Positions 38,481-47,984 are shown, counted from the first letter of the stretch. The stretch is 64,000 nucleotides of DNA from Bacillota bacterium (GCA_023416275.1 JAEZIB010000155.1:7260-71259), one strand, 5' to 3'. Notes: generated by a model from the sequence alone, not told the origin. Numbers and translations are program-made.

Positions 38481-38812
38481 AATAACCTCCCACGCCCACT
38501 CTGGGCAATAAAAAATAATAAAGTTATCGTGGAGGTACGCCTCCTTCTTGATAGCTTAAGTCAAATTCTTTAAAGCTACCTCCCACGCCAACTTAAGGCA
38601 ATAAAATTAAATTAACTATCGTGGAAAACTTCTATTTAGGTATAAATATACAGTATTCCTTACAGCTTCACACCACACTGTCAAAAACACGCTTGCGGGT
38701 TTTTGTTGCTCGAAAAGGCACCATGTTTATACAATTGCCTCACTACAAAACCGCATGCGGTTTTGCGGCTCGAAAAGGCACCATGTTTATACACTCTTTT
38801 TTCGAGCTAGTA
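38481..38812 (-). repeat. family-A composite filling the whole trkA-trkA spacer
   Basis: Two hairpin+SD modules (38481-38513 and an orphan at 38576-38607) and a GGAGGTACGCCTCC hairpin. There are also two units of hairpin + GCTCGAAAAGGCACCATGTTTATACA (38709-38736 and 38768-38809), the second closed by TTTTCGAGC that overlaps the upstream trkA stop. Confidence 0.85.
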
Positions 38813-39424
38813 CCTTTTAGCATTATCTGCCACAACAATAACATCATCCTTTACTAATTTTCCTGCTCTGTTTGAAAATATGAATTCTCCAGCTCTATAC
38901 ACACCAAAAATCATACCTTCCTTGACTTTGATATGCTCAATCTTTCTTCCAATATAACTATTTTCCAGCTTAATATGTCTAAATACAATAGACGTATTAC
39001 CAATTACATGTGTACTTATGTCGTTTCCTGATTCCATTGATGCTCGCATAACATTAACAGTTATGTCTGTAGGGCAAATAGTCTCAAGTCCAAATTCATG
39101 AAAAATATGCTCCCGAGCCGGATTATATATTCTTGCAATTACCTTCGGAACTCTGAATATCTCTTTAGCTACCTGGCAAACCATTATGTTAACATTGTCA
39201 TCTTCGGTGACTGCAACAAGTACATCTGCTGTTTCAATACCTGCCATTTTTAGTACATCCTGATCAATAGGAACTCCTGTTACTGTGACCCCATCAAAAT
39301 CAGGGCTAAGATTCTTAAATGAATCGGAATCATTAGAAACTATTGCCACATCATTTCCTTCTTTTGATAACATATGTGCAAATTTAGACCCAACCTTACC
39401 ACATCCTATAATAACTACCTGCAT
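38807..39424 (-). CDS. trkA: Trk/Ktr potassium uptake regulatory subunit, second paralog
   Basis: NAD fold VVIIGCGKVGSKFA plus RCK_C, 205 aa. No membrane subunit (trkH/ktrB) is adjacent. Confidence 0.85.
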   Translation of the reverse strand: MQVVIIGCGKVGSKFAHMLSKEGNDVAIVSNDSDSFKNLSPDFDGVTVTGVPIDQDVLKMAGIETADVLVAVTEDDNVNIMVCQVAKEIFRVPKVIARIYNPAREHIFHEFGLETICPTDITVNVMRASMESGNDISTHVIGNTSIVFRHIKLENSYIGRKIEHIKVKEGMIFGVYRAGEFIFSNRAGKLVKDDVIVVADNAKRY

Positions 39425-39702
39425 AACTATCCTCCAAAAAATAACTGATTGAATCTCTTACAACTCAATTATTGCAATATTATTATTTTCAATTTTATAT
39501 CTTATGACTATTTAAAAATCCAATACTATCTAATTATACCACTATACTATAGAAAAATATAAAGAATACTTTTGTGCTCTTATAAACATTAAAAATTCCA
39601 TATTATAAAATAATCATAATAGTGCTACTTTTTCCAAGTATTATTTTATTCTTAATACTAAATAATATCAAATATATAATTTTTTCGAAAGAGGTAGATA
39701 TA

Positions 39703-40380
39703 TTGCTGGTAGTTTTTATTAGAACAATAATACTTTATACAATTGTTATAGTCGCCATGCGAATTATGGGCAAAAGACAAATTGGTGAGCTACAGCCATT
39801 TGAACTAGCTGTAGCAATTATGATTTCTGACTTAGCATCTGTTCCAATGCAAAATACTGGTGTACCATTACTACATGGCATTATACCTATTTTAACAATG
39901 CTGGCAATCCAAATTATTATATCCTTTATTGCATTAAAGAGTACAAAAGCAAGGAATGTCATATGCGGAAAGCCAAGCATATTAATTTCTGCTGGAAAAA
40001 TAAATGAAAGTGTTTTTCAAAATGAATTATATACGTTAAATGATTTGCTGGAACAGCTTAGAAGTAAGGATATATACAATATTGCCGACGTTGAGTTTGC
40101 AATATTAGAATCCAACGGACAGCTAAGTGTAGTACCAAAAGCTTCCAAAAGATGTGTTACACCAGAAGACTTAAATTTAAAAGTAAAATATGAGGCTCCT
40201 GCAACAGAATTAATAATAGATGGAGATTTAATTAAAGAAAGCTTGAAGCGAATAAATTTAGATAAGTCTACGCTAGAAGTTGAACTTAACAAAATAGGCA
40301 TTAAGTCAATTAAGGATGTTCTCTTTGCAAGTATAGACTGCGAAGGAAAACTATTTTGCCAAGCTAAAGAAAGTAGGTGA
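39703..40380 (+). CDS. DUF421 (YetF-like) membrane protein
   Basis: The conserved stretch MRIMGKRQIGELQPFELAVAIMISDLAS is typical of DUF421. Start placed at TTG 39703 (AAGAGG N8); the track ORF begins at 39622. Confidence 0.72.
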   Translation: MLVVFIRTIILYTIVIVAMRIMGKRQIGELQPFELAVAIMISDLASVPMQNTGVPLLHGIIPILTMLAIQIIISFIALKSTKARNVICGKPSILISAGKINESVFQNELYTLNDLLEQLRSKDIYNIADVEFAILESNGQLSVVPKASKRCVTPEDLNLKVKYEAPATELIIDGDLIKESLKRINLDKSTLEVELNKIGIKSIKDVLFASIDCEGKLFCQAKESR

Positions 40381-40388
40381 AATATTAA

Positions 40389-40790
40389 ATGAAAAAAATA
40401 AATACAAATATAAAAACAATAATAATTGTAGCTTGCTTGCTCTCCAGCGTTATCCTTTCAGGTGTATTATTGCAATACTATCTAGAATGTTCATGCGATA
40501 AATTAGATTCCAGCTTAAAAGCTACTTACAGCTCTGTGAGTGAAAAAAAATGGAATAATGCTATAGAACAGTTAGCTGACTTTGAAGCAAACTGGAAAAA
40601 AACCAAATATTTCTGGGCTATGCTTCTAGATCACTTTGAAATAGATAATATAGATAATTCTTTTACAAAATCAAGGGAGTATATCGAGAGTGAAGATTAT
40701 CCATCAGCGGTTGCTGAACTTGAGGCATTGAGACAATATGTTCTTCATATACCCAAAAGAGAGAGCTTTTCTTTAGAGAATATTTTATAA
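40389..40790 (+). CDS. DUF4363-like small membrane-anchored protein
   Basis: 133 aa with an N-terminal TM segment. Its position right after a DUF421 gene is a common clostridial pairing. The family call is from memory. Confidence 0.55.
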   Translation: MKKINTNIKTIIIVACLLSSVILSGVLLQYYLECSCDKLDSSLKATYSSVSEKKWNNAIEQLADFEANWKKTKYFWAMLLDHFEIDNIDNSFTKSREYIESEDYPSAVAELEALRQYVLHIPKRESFSLENIL

Positions 40791-40859
40791 TACTATTTGC
40801 TGCTTTACTCTGACACTCCATATGCAGCTATGTAAAATGTGATTAATTTTAAATACAAT

Positions 40860-41021
40860 ATTCAACTTTGCTCATAAAAGACTTTGTTGTGGTAGAATTA
40901 TCAATGGTTTGTTACCAAAATAATTGCAGGAAATTAGTAATGGTTCCTACAATTATCGTCTAATCAAATGCTCCATTGATAGGTCTCTCTCATCAATAAT
41001 TTTCAACTGTAAAAGTTGAAT
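40860..41021. repeat. family-B MITE-like element (162 bp)
   Basis: ATTCAACTTTGCTCA ... core TTATCAATGGTTTGTTACCAAAATAATTGC ... CTGTAAAAGTTGAAT. Confidence 0.7.
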
Positions 41022-41041
41022 ACATTTGAAGAAAAACGTAT

Positions 41042-42049
41042 TCATCTAAATCCTCTTATTATTAAAAAGCAGATGAAAAAGACATAGAATATGCCACCCG
41101 ACATCAATGGTATCCAATTGAGGCATTTCCGCTTTTTTATCCAAATAAAAGTTACCAATGCTGAGGCTATTGCCAAAAAAGCACTAAGTAAAGTAATAGA
41201 GTCCAAATCCCAGTTAGTAGTGAGAATACCTATTGCAACAGGAATACAGCTCTGAAAAACCATAGCACCCGTAATGTTTCCCATAGCAAGAGTATCCTTC
41301 CCTTTACTAATCCAAATAATACTATTAAATTTTTCAGGAAGCTCCGTTGCTATTGGAGTAATTATTATTGATAATACTAGTGTGGATATGTCCATTGCCT
41401 TTGCAACTATCTCAATATTGCTTATGAACAGTTCTGCACCAATTATTATTGCACCTAATGCAAATAAAGTCTGTAAAATAATAATCATTGTACTTGTTCT
41501 AGAATTAAAAACCTTAGAAAATATTAAACCGTCAATTTCTTCATTACTAGCTTGATCACTATTAACAGTTTTTACTACATAACTTATGTAACTGGCTATT
41601 AGCATAATTGCCAGAATACTCTTTACAATACCTACTGTAATTACAGAAGCTAAAATTGCACTTGTATATACAATTACAAAAAAAGAAATATCTCTGCTCA
41701 ATACATTTAGATTTACATTGAATTGGTATTTTGTTTTTCGTCTTTTGGAAAATATTATTGTACTAAGACCCGTTATTAAGAATGCTAGAGTAGCAAGCAT
41801 AAATGGTGCGCCAGCAATTGCTCCTATTCCTATACTAACTGCATTCATATCACTATTAGAAAAAAGCAAGGCTATTGTAGGTATCAACGTCTCAGGCAGG
41901 CAAGTTCCCACTGCTGAAAAAATACTTCCAACAACCCCATCTCCCAGCTTTAATTTTTTTCCTAGCCACTCTATTCCATTTGTAAATAACTCACAGCCAA
42001 GAAGTATAATACCCAAGCTCAATATCAGTGTTATAATATTTTGCAGCAT
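41042..42049 (-). CDS. CaCA-family sodium/calcium exchanger membrane protein
   Basis: 335 aa and about 10 TM segments. Two alpha-repeat motifs are present (GTCLPETL and ATELPEKF, with GNITGAMVFQ). Confidence 0.8.
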   Translation of the reverse strand: MLQNIITLILSLGIILLGCELFTNGIEWLGKKLKLGDGVVGSIFSAVGTCLPETLIPTIALLFSNSDMNAVSIGIGAIAGAPFMLATLAFLITGLSTIIFSKRRKTKYQFNVNLNVLSRDISFFVIVYTSAILASVITVGIVKSILAIMLIASYISYVVKTVNSDQASNEEIDGLIFSKVFNSRTSTMIIILQTLFALGAIIIGAELFISNIEIVAKAMDISTLVLSIIITPIATELPEKFNSIIWISKGKDTLAMGNITGAMVFQSCIPVAIGILTTNWDLDSITLLSAFLAIASALVTFIWIKKRKCLNWIPLMSGGIFYVFFICFLIIRGFR

Positions 42050-42363
42050 TTACAAAATCTCTTTTCATATATTTTATAAAATTCTTGCAGGCAGTACTCA
42101 AGATGTATAAAGCAACTAATTTAACATCTTGCGATAATTATATACTTTACAAAGCTCAAACCAATATTTATATTTAATATTTTGAACCTGTAAGGTGTAT
42201 TTTTAGCCACCTCTTAGAAACTGGTACAATACACCAATTCAAATATAGTCTTTACTGCCAACCAAAAATCTTTATCCTTAATAATAATATGATTTGAAAA
42301 GAGAAATTAGATATAAAATCAACTTTTAGAAGTGAAAAATATTAATTTAACCAAAAATTATTA

Positions 42364-42720
42364 GGCATAAAATGCAATACCATCATCAACTAATTTTTCA
42401 CCAGTTATCTTTTCTCCATCAATGACTTTTCTTGTAGTTAGTTTTTTGACTGGTACATTTGGTTTCTCTTTTAAATTTTTGCTTCTATTACGTATTGAAT
42501 TTAATATTTGTTCTTCATCAACAGGAACTTTTATGATTTCAGCTATTATTTTTTTCTCTCTATACTATTTTTTCTTCTAATAAATATGGACACTCTTGAC
42601 GATATTTAAGACCTTCTTTGTTCAATGTGCAAAAACTTATTACCATTAGTTTTTTTGGATAAACTTATTTTAAATGTGAAGTACTTTCGCAAATTTTCCT
42701 TACGAATTCGCCTACTGGCC
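42364..42720 (-). pseudogene. possible gene remnant (three short frames, no usable start for the longest)
   Basis: Minus-strand fragments are MKIWPVGEFVRKICESTSHLK*, MVISFCTLNKEGLKYRQECPYLLEEKIV* and a start-less 62-codon frame ...IIAEIIKVPVDEEQILNSIRNRSKNLKEKPNVPVKKLTTRKVIDGEKITGEKLVDDGIAFYA*. The last two are offset by one nucleotide around an A-run. Confidence 0.25.
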
Positions 42721-42912
42721 AGATTTTCATTTGATCTTTGAGCGGCAATTATATACTATTATTTACAGCAACTGCATATATTAATAAATATAATTTACAT
42801 ATAAGCAAATTATTGTAATAAAATGCAATATAGTGTATACTCATAAAGGAATTAAGCAAAAATTTTTGATGCTTTAAATCCAAATAACAAAATCTAAAAA
42901 GGAGTGGGTATA

Positions 42913-43701
42913 ATGAGAAAATTGTTAATGTGTGTGCTTGTTGTATGCTTATTATGTACATATTTAAGCATTAGTGTTTCTGCAGTAGATTTGTATGATC
43001 AAAGAGAGATTGAAATTCGTCTGGTTGAAATCAAATGTACCGCTGTTGGACCAGATCCTGGCAACAATTTAGAGGTATATGGCAATTGGGGATATAAGTT
43101 TAGAAACAGTATGACCACTATGTATTCGTGTGGTGAAGGGAGCGCAATGACCATCGGTCCTGGAAGTTCAAGGGTACTTGATATCAAGGAGGTTATAAGG
43201 GTTAAATATGGAGAAAGCATAAGCGTTGGCGGTTCAACAATGGAAGATGATCCATGGTATAATGGCGACGATAATTTGGGAGAGAATTACCAATCAGTCC
43301 TTGAAAGAGACTTAGCCGGACAGGATGATATAACCCCAATTTCAGTTAATTTCGAAGAAAGTGGCCAAAAGGTGGAGGCACGTTTTGAAATAAGGACAAT
43401 AAGGTTTATTAAAAAGCCATATGATAATGATTGGGTTACAAAAGATTATACTCAAGAAGCCAGAAAACTGTACATCGACCGTGATACAGTAAAATTCTGC
43501 CTGGCTGAAAAGATTATAGGATCTATATCAGGAGACATTTCAACTGGCAAAATAAGCTATTCAGGTAATGTAACCAATGCTACAATAAGTAGTGATGAAG
43601 AATCCTGCATAATAAAATATGAAGGAAAAGATATTGATGGTAATTTCTTTGCCAATTCTATAGAACTTAAAAAAGCCTATATGGAGAAACCTTATAATTA
43701 A
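42913..43701 (+). CDS. secreted protein of unknown function
   Basis: AAGGAG N8 ATG start. Signal peptide MRKLLMCVLVVCLLCTYLSISVSA-VD. The 238-aa mature part matches no family I recognise. A strong terminator follows. Confidence 0.7.
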   Translation: MRKLLMCVLVVCLLCTYLSISVSAVDLYDQREIEIRLVEIKCTAVGPDPGNNLEVYGNWGYKFRNSMTTMYSCGEGSAMTIGPGSSRVLDIKEVIRVKYGESISVGGSTMEDDPWYNGDDNLGENYQSVLERDLAGQDDITPISVNFEESGQKVEARFEIRTIRFIKKPYDNDWVTKDYTQEARKLYIDRDTVKFCLAEKIIGSISGDISTGKISYSGNVTNATISSDEESCIIKYEGKDIDGNFFANSIELKKAYMEKPYN

Positions 43702-43736
43702 TTATGTATTAAGCCCAAATTTCCTAATTTAAAACA

Positions 43737-43778
43737 AAGGAGCTGTAGCACTAAGAAATTAGAATACAGCTCCTTTTC
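43737..43778 (+). terminator. intrinsic terminator
   Basis: 11-bp stem AAGGAGCTGTA...TACAGCTCCTT followed by TTCT. Confidence 0.6.
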
Positions 43779-44112
43779 TCGTTTAGCTGGATAAGCATCA
43801 AATGCTTTTTCAAATGCAGCATGAATTATTACTGGTATACCTATTTCCCTTTATATATCCTCCTAACCAATTTATACTAACACCAATTTGCCCAGAGTCT
43901 TTTTATTAAATTTTTTCTCTATCTAAATCCATTCCATCTTTACACTCTATAATAAAGTATTCATTGCTTGTATCCTTATTAGTAAAATGATTATGTTTAA
44001 ATCACCTATAAATTCAGCAAATATAAACTATCTGAGCTATTATATAATATTCAGTTATATGGTTTAAGTTAAATTTTATTGCAAGGTTTCAAGTGGTATT
44101 TTTGATTAAAAT

Positions 44113-44141
44113 ACAAAGAAAAAAACTGCCTTAAGCAGTTT
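44113..44141 (-). terminator. intrinsic terminator after tRNA-Val
   Basis: Minus strand has an AAACTGC-TTAAG-GCAGTTT stem followed by TTTTTTCTTTG. Confidence 0.5.
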
Positions 44142-44146
44142 GAGAT

Positions 44147-44222
44147 TGGTGGGCAATAAGGGACTCAAACCCCTGACTTCTTCCACGTCAAGGAAGCACT
44201 CTATCAGCTGAGTTAATTGCCC
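44147..44222 (-). tRNA. tRNA-Val (anticodon GAC), CCA encoded
   Basis: Minus strand reads GGGCAATTAACTCAGCTGATAGAGTGCTTCCTTGACGTGGAAGAAGTCAGGGGTTTGAGTCCCTTATTGCCCACCA. It folds as a cloverleaf with a 7-bp acceptor stem, anticodon stem CTTCC/GGAAG and loop TTGACGT. Confidence 0.88.
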
Positions 44223-44382
44223 ATTTGTAGTTTTTATTATATATTCATAGTACATCTTTTTCAAGATAAATTATTTATTTCGATTTTATCTTTAATAATT
44301 ACTCAATCAAAAGTAACACACCTAATTAATAATATACAGCAAACTAGTATATTGTCAATATAGTTGAAAACTTTTGCTAAGA

Positions 44383-45180
44383 TTATATTTGCGACATTGT
44401 CTTATTCTTTCGTTCTTCCTTATACTCCAAATCCATGTATATTTGGGTTATTAGTCTCTGTAATATAATACTTACAATAGTACTGAAAAAAGAGGCTAAA
44501 CATGCAGTTCCAAAGGAACTTCCAGAGAACATCAAAAGCATTGGCAACTCAAAAACAAGAAAAAATCCAACAAATACACTTAGTATCTGGGGTTTCTTGC
44601 CTTTAGTTATTTCTGAACATGCTGTAATAGCATCTGCAACAGTTAATTTAATATCCAAAATGTAACAATATCCAAAAACAAAAATTATGTATGCAATTAT
44701 ACCTGGTATAAAGAAAAACATTGTTCCTATTGATACCAATAATCCAAATAAAATATTATAGGCAATAAGGCGACCAATATGCTTAAATGCGCCTTTAAAG
44801 CTTTCTGAAGTTTTCAACGTCTTTCCTTTGATTTCACAAATATATGAATACATGTAAACAGAAAGAAATAAGTTTGATATCAATTTTACTATTAATAATG
44901 TTGCTAATATAGCAATCAAAATATAAACAGCTTGTTCAGAAGGATACATTGCTTCTGCATCTGCAGAAACCATACCTGTAGTCAAAAAAGAAGATAACAG
45001 CTCTATATCATCTAAGGATATTAATTCTAACAGCTTGTGCTGTATAAAGCTACCCGCAATTTGAAAAATAAGGATCATCAAAAATATGGTCTTTACTAGC
45101 CCCTCATTTCTCAATTTATGGAACTTAATACACTCCGGAAGATATTCAAAAAAATTTCTAATTTTTGAAGTATCATTCAT
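44383..45180 (-). CDS. polytopic membrane protein of unknown function
   Basis: 265 aa with 5-6 predicted TM helices. No family recognised. Confidence 0.55.
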   Translation of the reverse strand: MNDTSKIRNFFEYLPECIKFHKLRNEGLVKTIFLMILIFQIAGSFIQHKLLELISLDDIELLSSFLTTGMVSADAEAMYPSEQAVYILIAILATLLIVKLISNLFLSVYMYSYICEIKGKTLKTSESFKGAFKHIGRLIAYNILFGLLVSIGTMFFFIPGIIAYIIFVFGYCYILDIKLTVADAITACSEITKGKKPQILSVFVGFFLVFELPMLLMFSGSSFGTACLASFFSTIVSIILQRLITQIYMDLEYKEERKNKTMSQI

Positions 45181-45372
45181 TATGCAGAACCTCCCTCATT
45201 ATATGCCCACTAATTACATCAAATACAAATTTATATTTTCCCATATATAGCTACAAATCTGATTCTATCGAACAATGACTGAACTCCATCAGCATTGAGA
45301 GAACAACCTCTATTGTACAAATTTGTTTTCCTTCTTATCTTGGGCGAGGTTTAAAAACCGTAACTAACATAG

Positions 45373-46356
45373 TCAAAACCACTTATTTCGTTTAATAACC
45401 ATCAATAGACCAATTACAGCCATCGGCACAAATATCATTCCAAAAACTATCCAGAATGCAAAACTAAATTTAGCCAATGGGATACCTTCTACATTCATGG
45501 AAAACAATCCACTCACTAATGTCATAGGAAAAACTATAACCTGCAAAGTTGTAAATGTTCGCATTAAATTATTCATCCTATGGGAAGTCAATGATTCATA
45601 GGTTGTATCAATGGCCTCTACAACTTCTTTGTAGTTCTCCAGCATATCCCAAATTTTTTCAGCTTTATCTGTAATATCGTCAAAGTACATTTCCATATCT
45701 TCAGGAAGATATTTCCTAATTGCCTTTTCCAGTATCAGTATAACAGGTCTGAGAGGCTTAAGTACTCTTCTGTAGTTAATTATCTGCATCTTTGCTATTG
45801 AAATTTCTTCAAGCATAACTCTTTTTTGCTCTCGAAATATCTTTTTGTTCAATGTATCCAGCATATTACCTATTTTGTCCAACATTGGAAAACAGTAATC
45901 AAAAAGTCTCTTAATTATTTCATATAACAAAAGGGCAGAACCCTCAGCCATAAAATTCTCTCTTGCTTCTTGCTTTAAATGACACATGTTAGAGAAAGCA
46001 ACTAAAGGCTTTAGTTCTCCTTCATGTAATGTTATTAAATAATTGTGACCCAAAAAAATATCTATCTCTTCAGAATCAAGTCTCATGGTATCTTTACGAT
46101 ATCTAGGAAAGTGCATTACTATAAAACAATAATCGTCATATTCATCAACCTTCGAACGCTGATGCTCTGTCAAGCAATCCTCTAAAGGCAACTCATGGAA
46201 ATCATATTTCTCTTCCAGCATATCAATTTCTTTTTTAGTGGGTTTAGTAATATCTATCCATGTAAGCCCATTGAAAGTAATTTGCTTTATCTCAGTTACA
46301 GCTTTTTCTATTTGCAGCGTTTGTTTTTTGTCTTGAAAAAAAGATAATGACAACAT
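45373..46356 (-). CDS. corA: CorA-family divalent cation transporter with an SMN variant of the GMN motif
   Basis: 327 aa with a cytoplasmic N-domain and two C-terminal TM helices. The signature loop reads FPMTLVSGLFSMNVEG where CorA normally has YGMNF. Confidence 0.82.
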   Translation of the reverse strand: MLSLSFFQDKKQTLQIEKAVTEIKQITFNGLTWIDITKPTKKEIDMLEEKYDFHELPLEDCLTEHQRSKVDEYDDYCFIVMHFPRYRKDTMRLDSEEIDIFLGHNYLITLHEGELKPLVAFSNMCHLKQEARENFMAEGSALLLYEIIKRLFDYCFPMLDKIGNMLDTLNKKIFREQKRVMLEEISIAKMQIINYRRVLKPLRPVILILEKAIRKYLPEDMEMYFDDITDKAEKIWDMLENYKEVVEAIDTTYESLTSHRMNNLMRTFTTLQVIVFPMTLVSGLFSMNVEGIPLAKFSFAFWIVFGMIFVPMAVIGLLMVIKRNKWF

Positions 46357-46592
46357 AAAAAGTCCCCCATTCGAAGGGAGGACATACTTCTATACTTGTA
46401 GCAGTTTTGAAGCCAAGCTGCACATAGCCCTCCCAAAAATTATATAATTATGATAATAACTACTATGATACGGGTCTGCGCCCACTTGAATTCACCACCT
46501 TAATTTTTAATTAATAATAGCACTAGCTTAGTATACTACTTATCATGTCGTAAATACAAGCTATTTATTTCTGAAATTTACCTATGTAAAAT

Positions 46593-47327
46593 TTATATTA
46601 AAAATCCACCATTAGGACTAATAACCTGTCCAGTAATAAAATTTGCCTTTTCTTGAGCCAAAAAAGCAATTGTCTCTGCAACATCAATACATTTCCCTAT
46701 TGTTCCAAGAGGCGTTTGATCCATTAAGTCCTCAAATGATGCTTTATCCAAATCTGAATTCATATCAGTATCAATAACCCCAGGCGCCACACAATTTACC
46801 TGTATACCAGAAGGTCCAAGTTCCTTGGCTAATGCCTTTGTTAAGCCAATAACAGCTGCTTTTGTTGCAGAGTATAGGACTTCACAAGATGCTCCGGTTA
46901 TTCCCCATATGGATGAAATATTGATTATTTTACCCGATTTATTCCTAATCATAGCTGGCAAAACACCTTGACAGCATAAAAACATACCTTTAACATTAAT
47001 ATCAAACATATTATCCCATTCTTGCGTTGAAATATCTGTAAAAAGTCTTTGTTTTGCAATACCTGCATTATTAACTAATATATCGATTTCTCCGAATTGC
47101 TTGTTTACTGAATTTATCATGCTATCAACCTGTTCTTTGCAGCTTACATCAGCTTGTACAGCCATCACACTACATTTTTTCTCCAGCAACACATTTACCA
47201 AAGCAACAGCTGCTTCTTTGCTATTGTTATAGTTTATGGCTACATTATAACCATTTTGGGCAAATAATTTTGCAGTTTCATAGCCTATTCCTTTTGATGC
47301 TCCAGTAATCAATACTGTTTTACACAT
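46593..47327 (-). CDS. short-chain dehydrogenase/reductase (FabG-like)
   Basis: TGASKGIG cofactor motif, NNAG, and catalytic YSATKAA. Start moved to MCKTVLITG (ATG 47327, GGAGG upstream). Confidence 0.85.
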   Translation of the reverse strand: MCKTVLITGASKGIGYETAKLFAQNGYNVAINYNNSKEAAVALVNVLLEKKCSVMAVQADVSCKEQVDSMINSVNKQFGEIDILVNNAGIAKQRLFTDISTQEWDNMFDINVKGMFLCCQGVLPAMIRNKSGKIINISSIWGITGASCEVLYSATKAAVIGLTKALAKELGPSGIQVNCVAPGVIDTDMNSDLDKASFEDLMDQTPLGTIGKCIDVAETIAFLAQEKANFITGQVISPNGGFLI

Positions 47328-47399
47328 TAACCTTTTCCTCCAAATAAAACAAAAAATCAAAATCAATTATTTTAACAATCAAACGATAGTTTGCCCATT

Positions 47400-47984
47400 C
47401 TATTTGTTATAGCAGGTTATTGTTTTAAAGAATTCCTGCTTATCAAAGTCGTCCTTGAACATACCAAAATAATCAGCAATTTCTATAGCAAAATCCACAA
47501 ATGAAATCCCCTTAGAAGTAATTACATTTTTGTCTCGTACTACCCTTGTATTAACAAAATTTTCTCTTGGAAATGGATCATCTTCATTGCCAAAAGCTTC
47601 TCTTCTTGCCTGAGTCCATTCTACAATTGATGTGGTATATTTGACATTTTTTAATATGCCTGCCTTTGCAAAATATCTAGGTCCTGCACAAATTGCTGCA
47701 AGTAATTTTCCACTATTATTAAATTCATTTATTAGAGTGAGCATTTCCTCTTTTACAACTGGATTCCATCCACCCGGTATAATAAATCCAGTATAATCAT
47801 CCGAAACTGCCGCTGCCACAGTAATTTCCGGCATATAAACCATTCCGCCCTTACTTTTTACAGGTCTTCTGTCATATGCACAAGTTACTATTTGCTTTGA
47901 CAGTTCATGTCCAAGCAAATGAGTGGCATAAACCACTTCAAAATCAGCCATATCATCATACATAAATACTAAAACTTTTTCCAT
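47400..47984 (-). CDS. DJ-1/PfpI family protein
   Basis: Nucleophile elbow AAICAGP. Start moved to MEKVLVF (ATG 47984). Confidence 0.8.
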   Translation of the reverse strand: MEKVLVFMYDDMADFEVVYATHLLGHELSKQIVTCAYDRRPVKSKGGMVYMPEITVAAAVSDDYTGFIIPGGWNPVVKEEMLTLINEFNNSGKLLAAICAGPRYFAKAGILKNVKYTTSIVEWTQARREAFGNEDDPFPRENFVNTRVVRDKNVITSKGISFVDFAIEIADYFGMFKDDFDKQEFFKTITCYNK

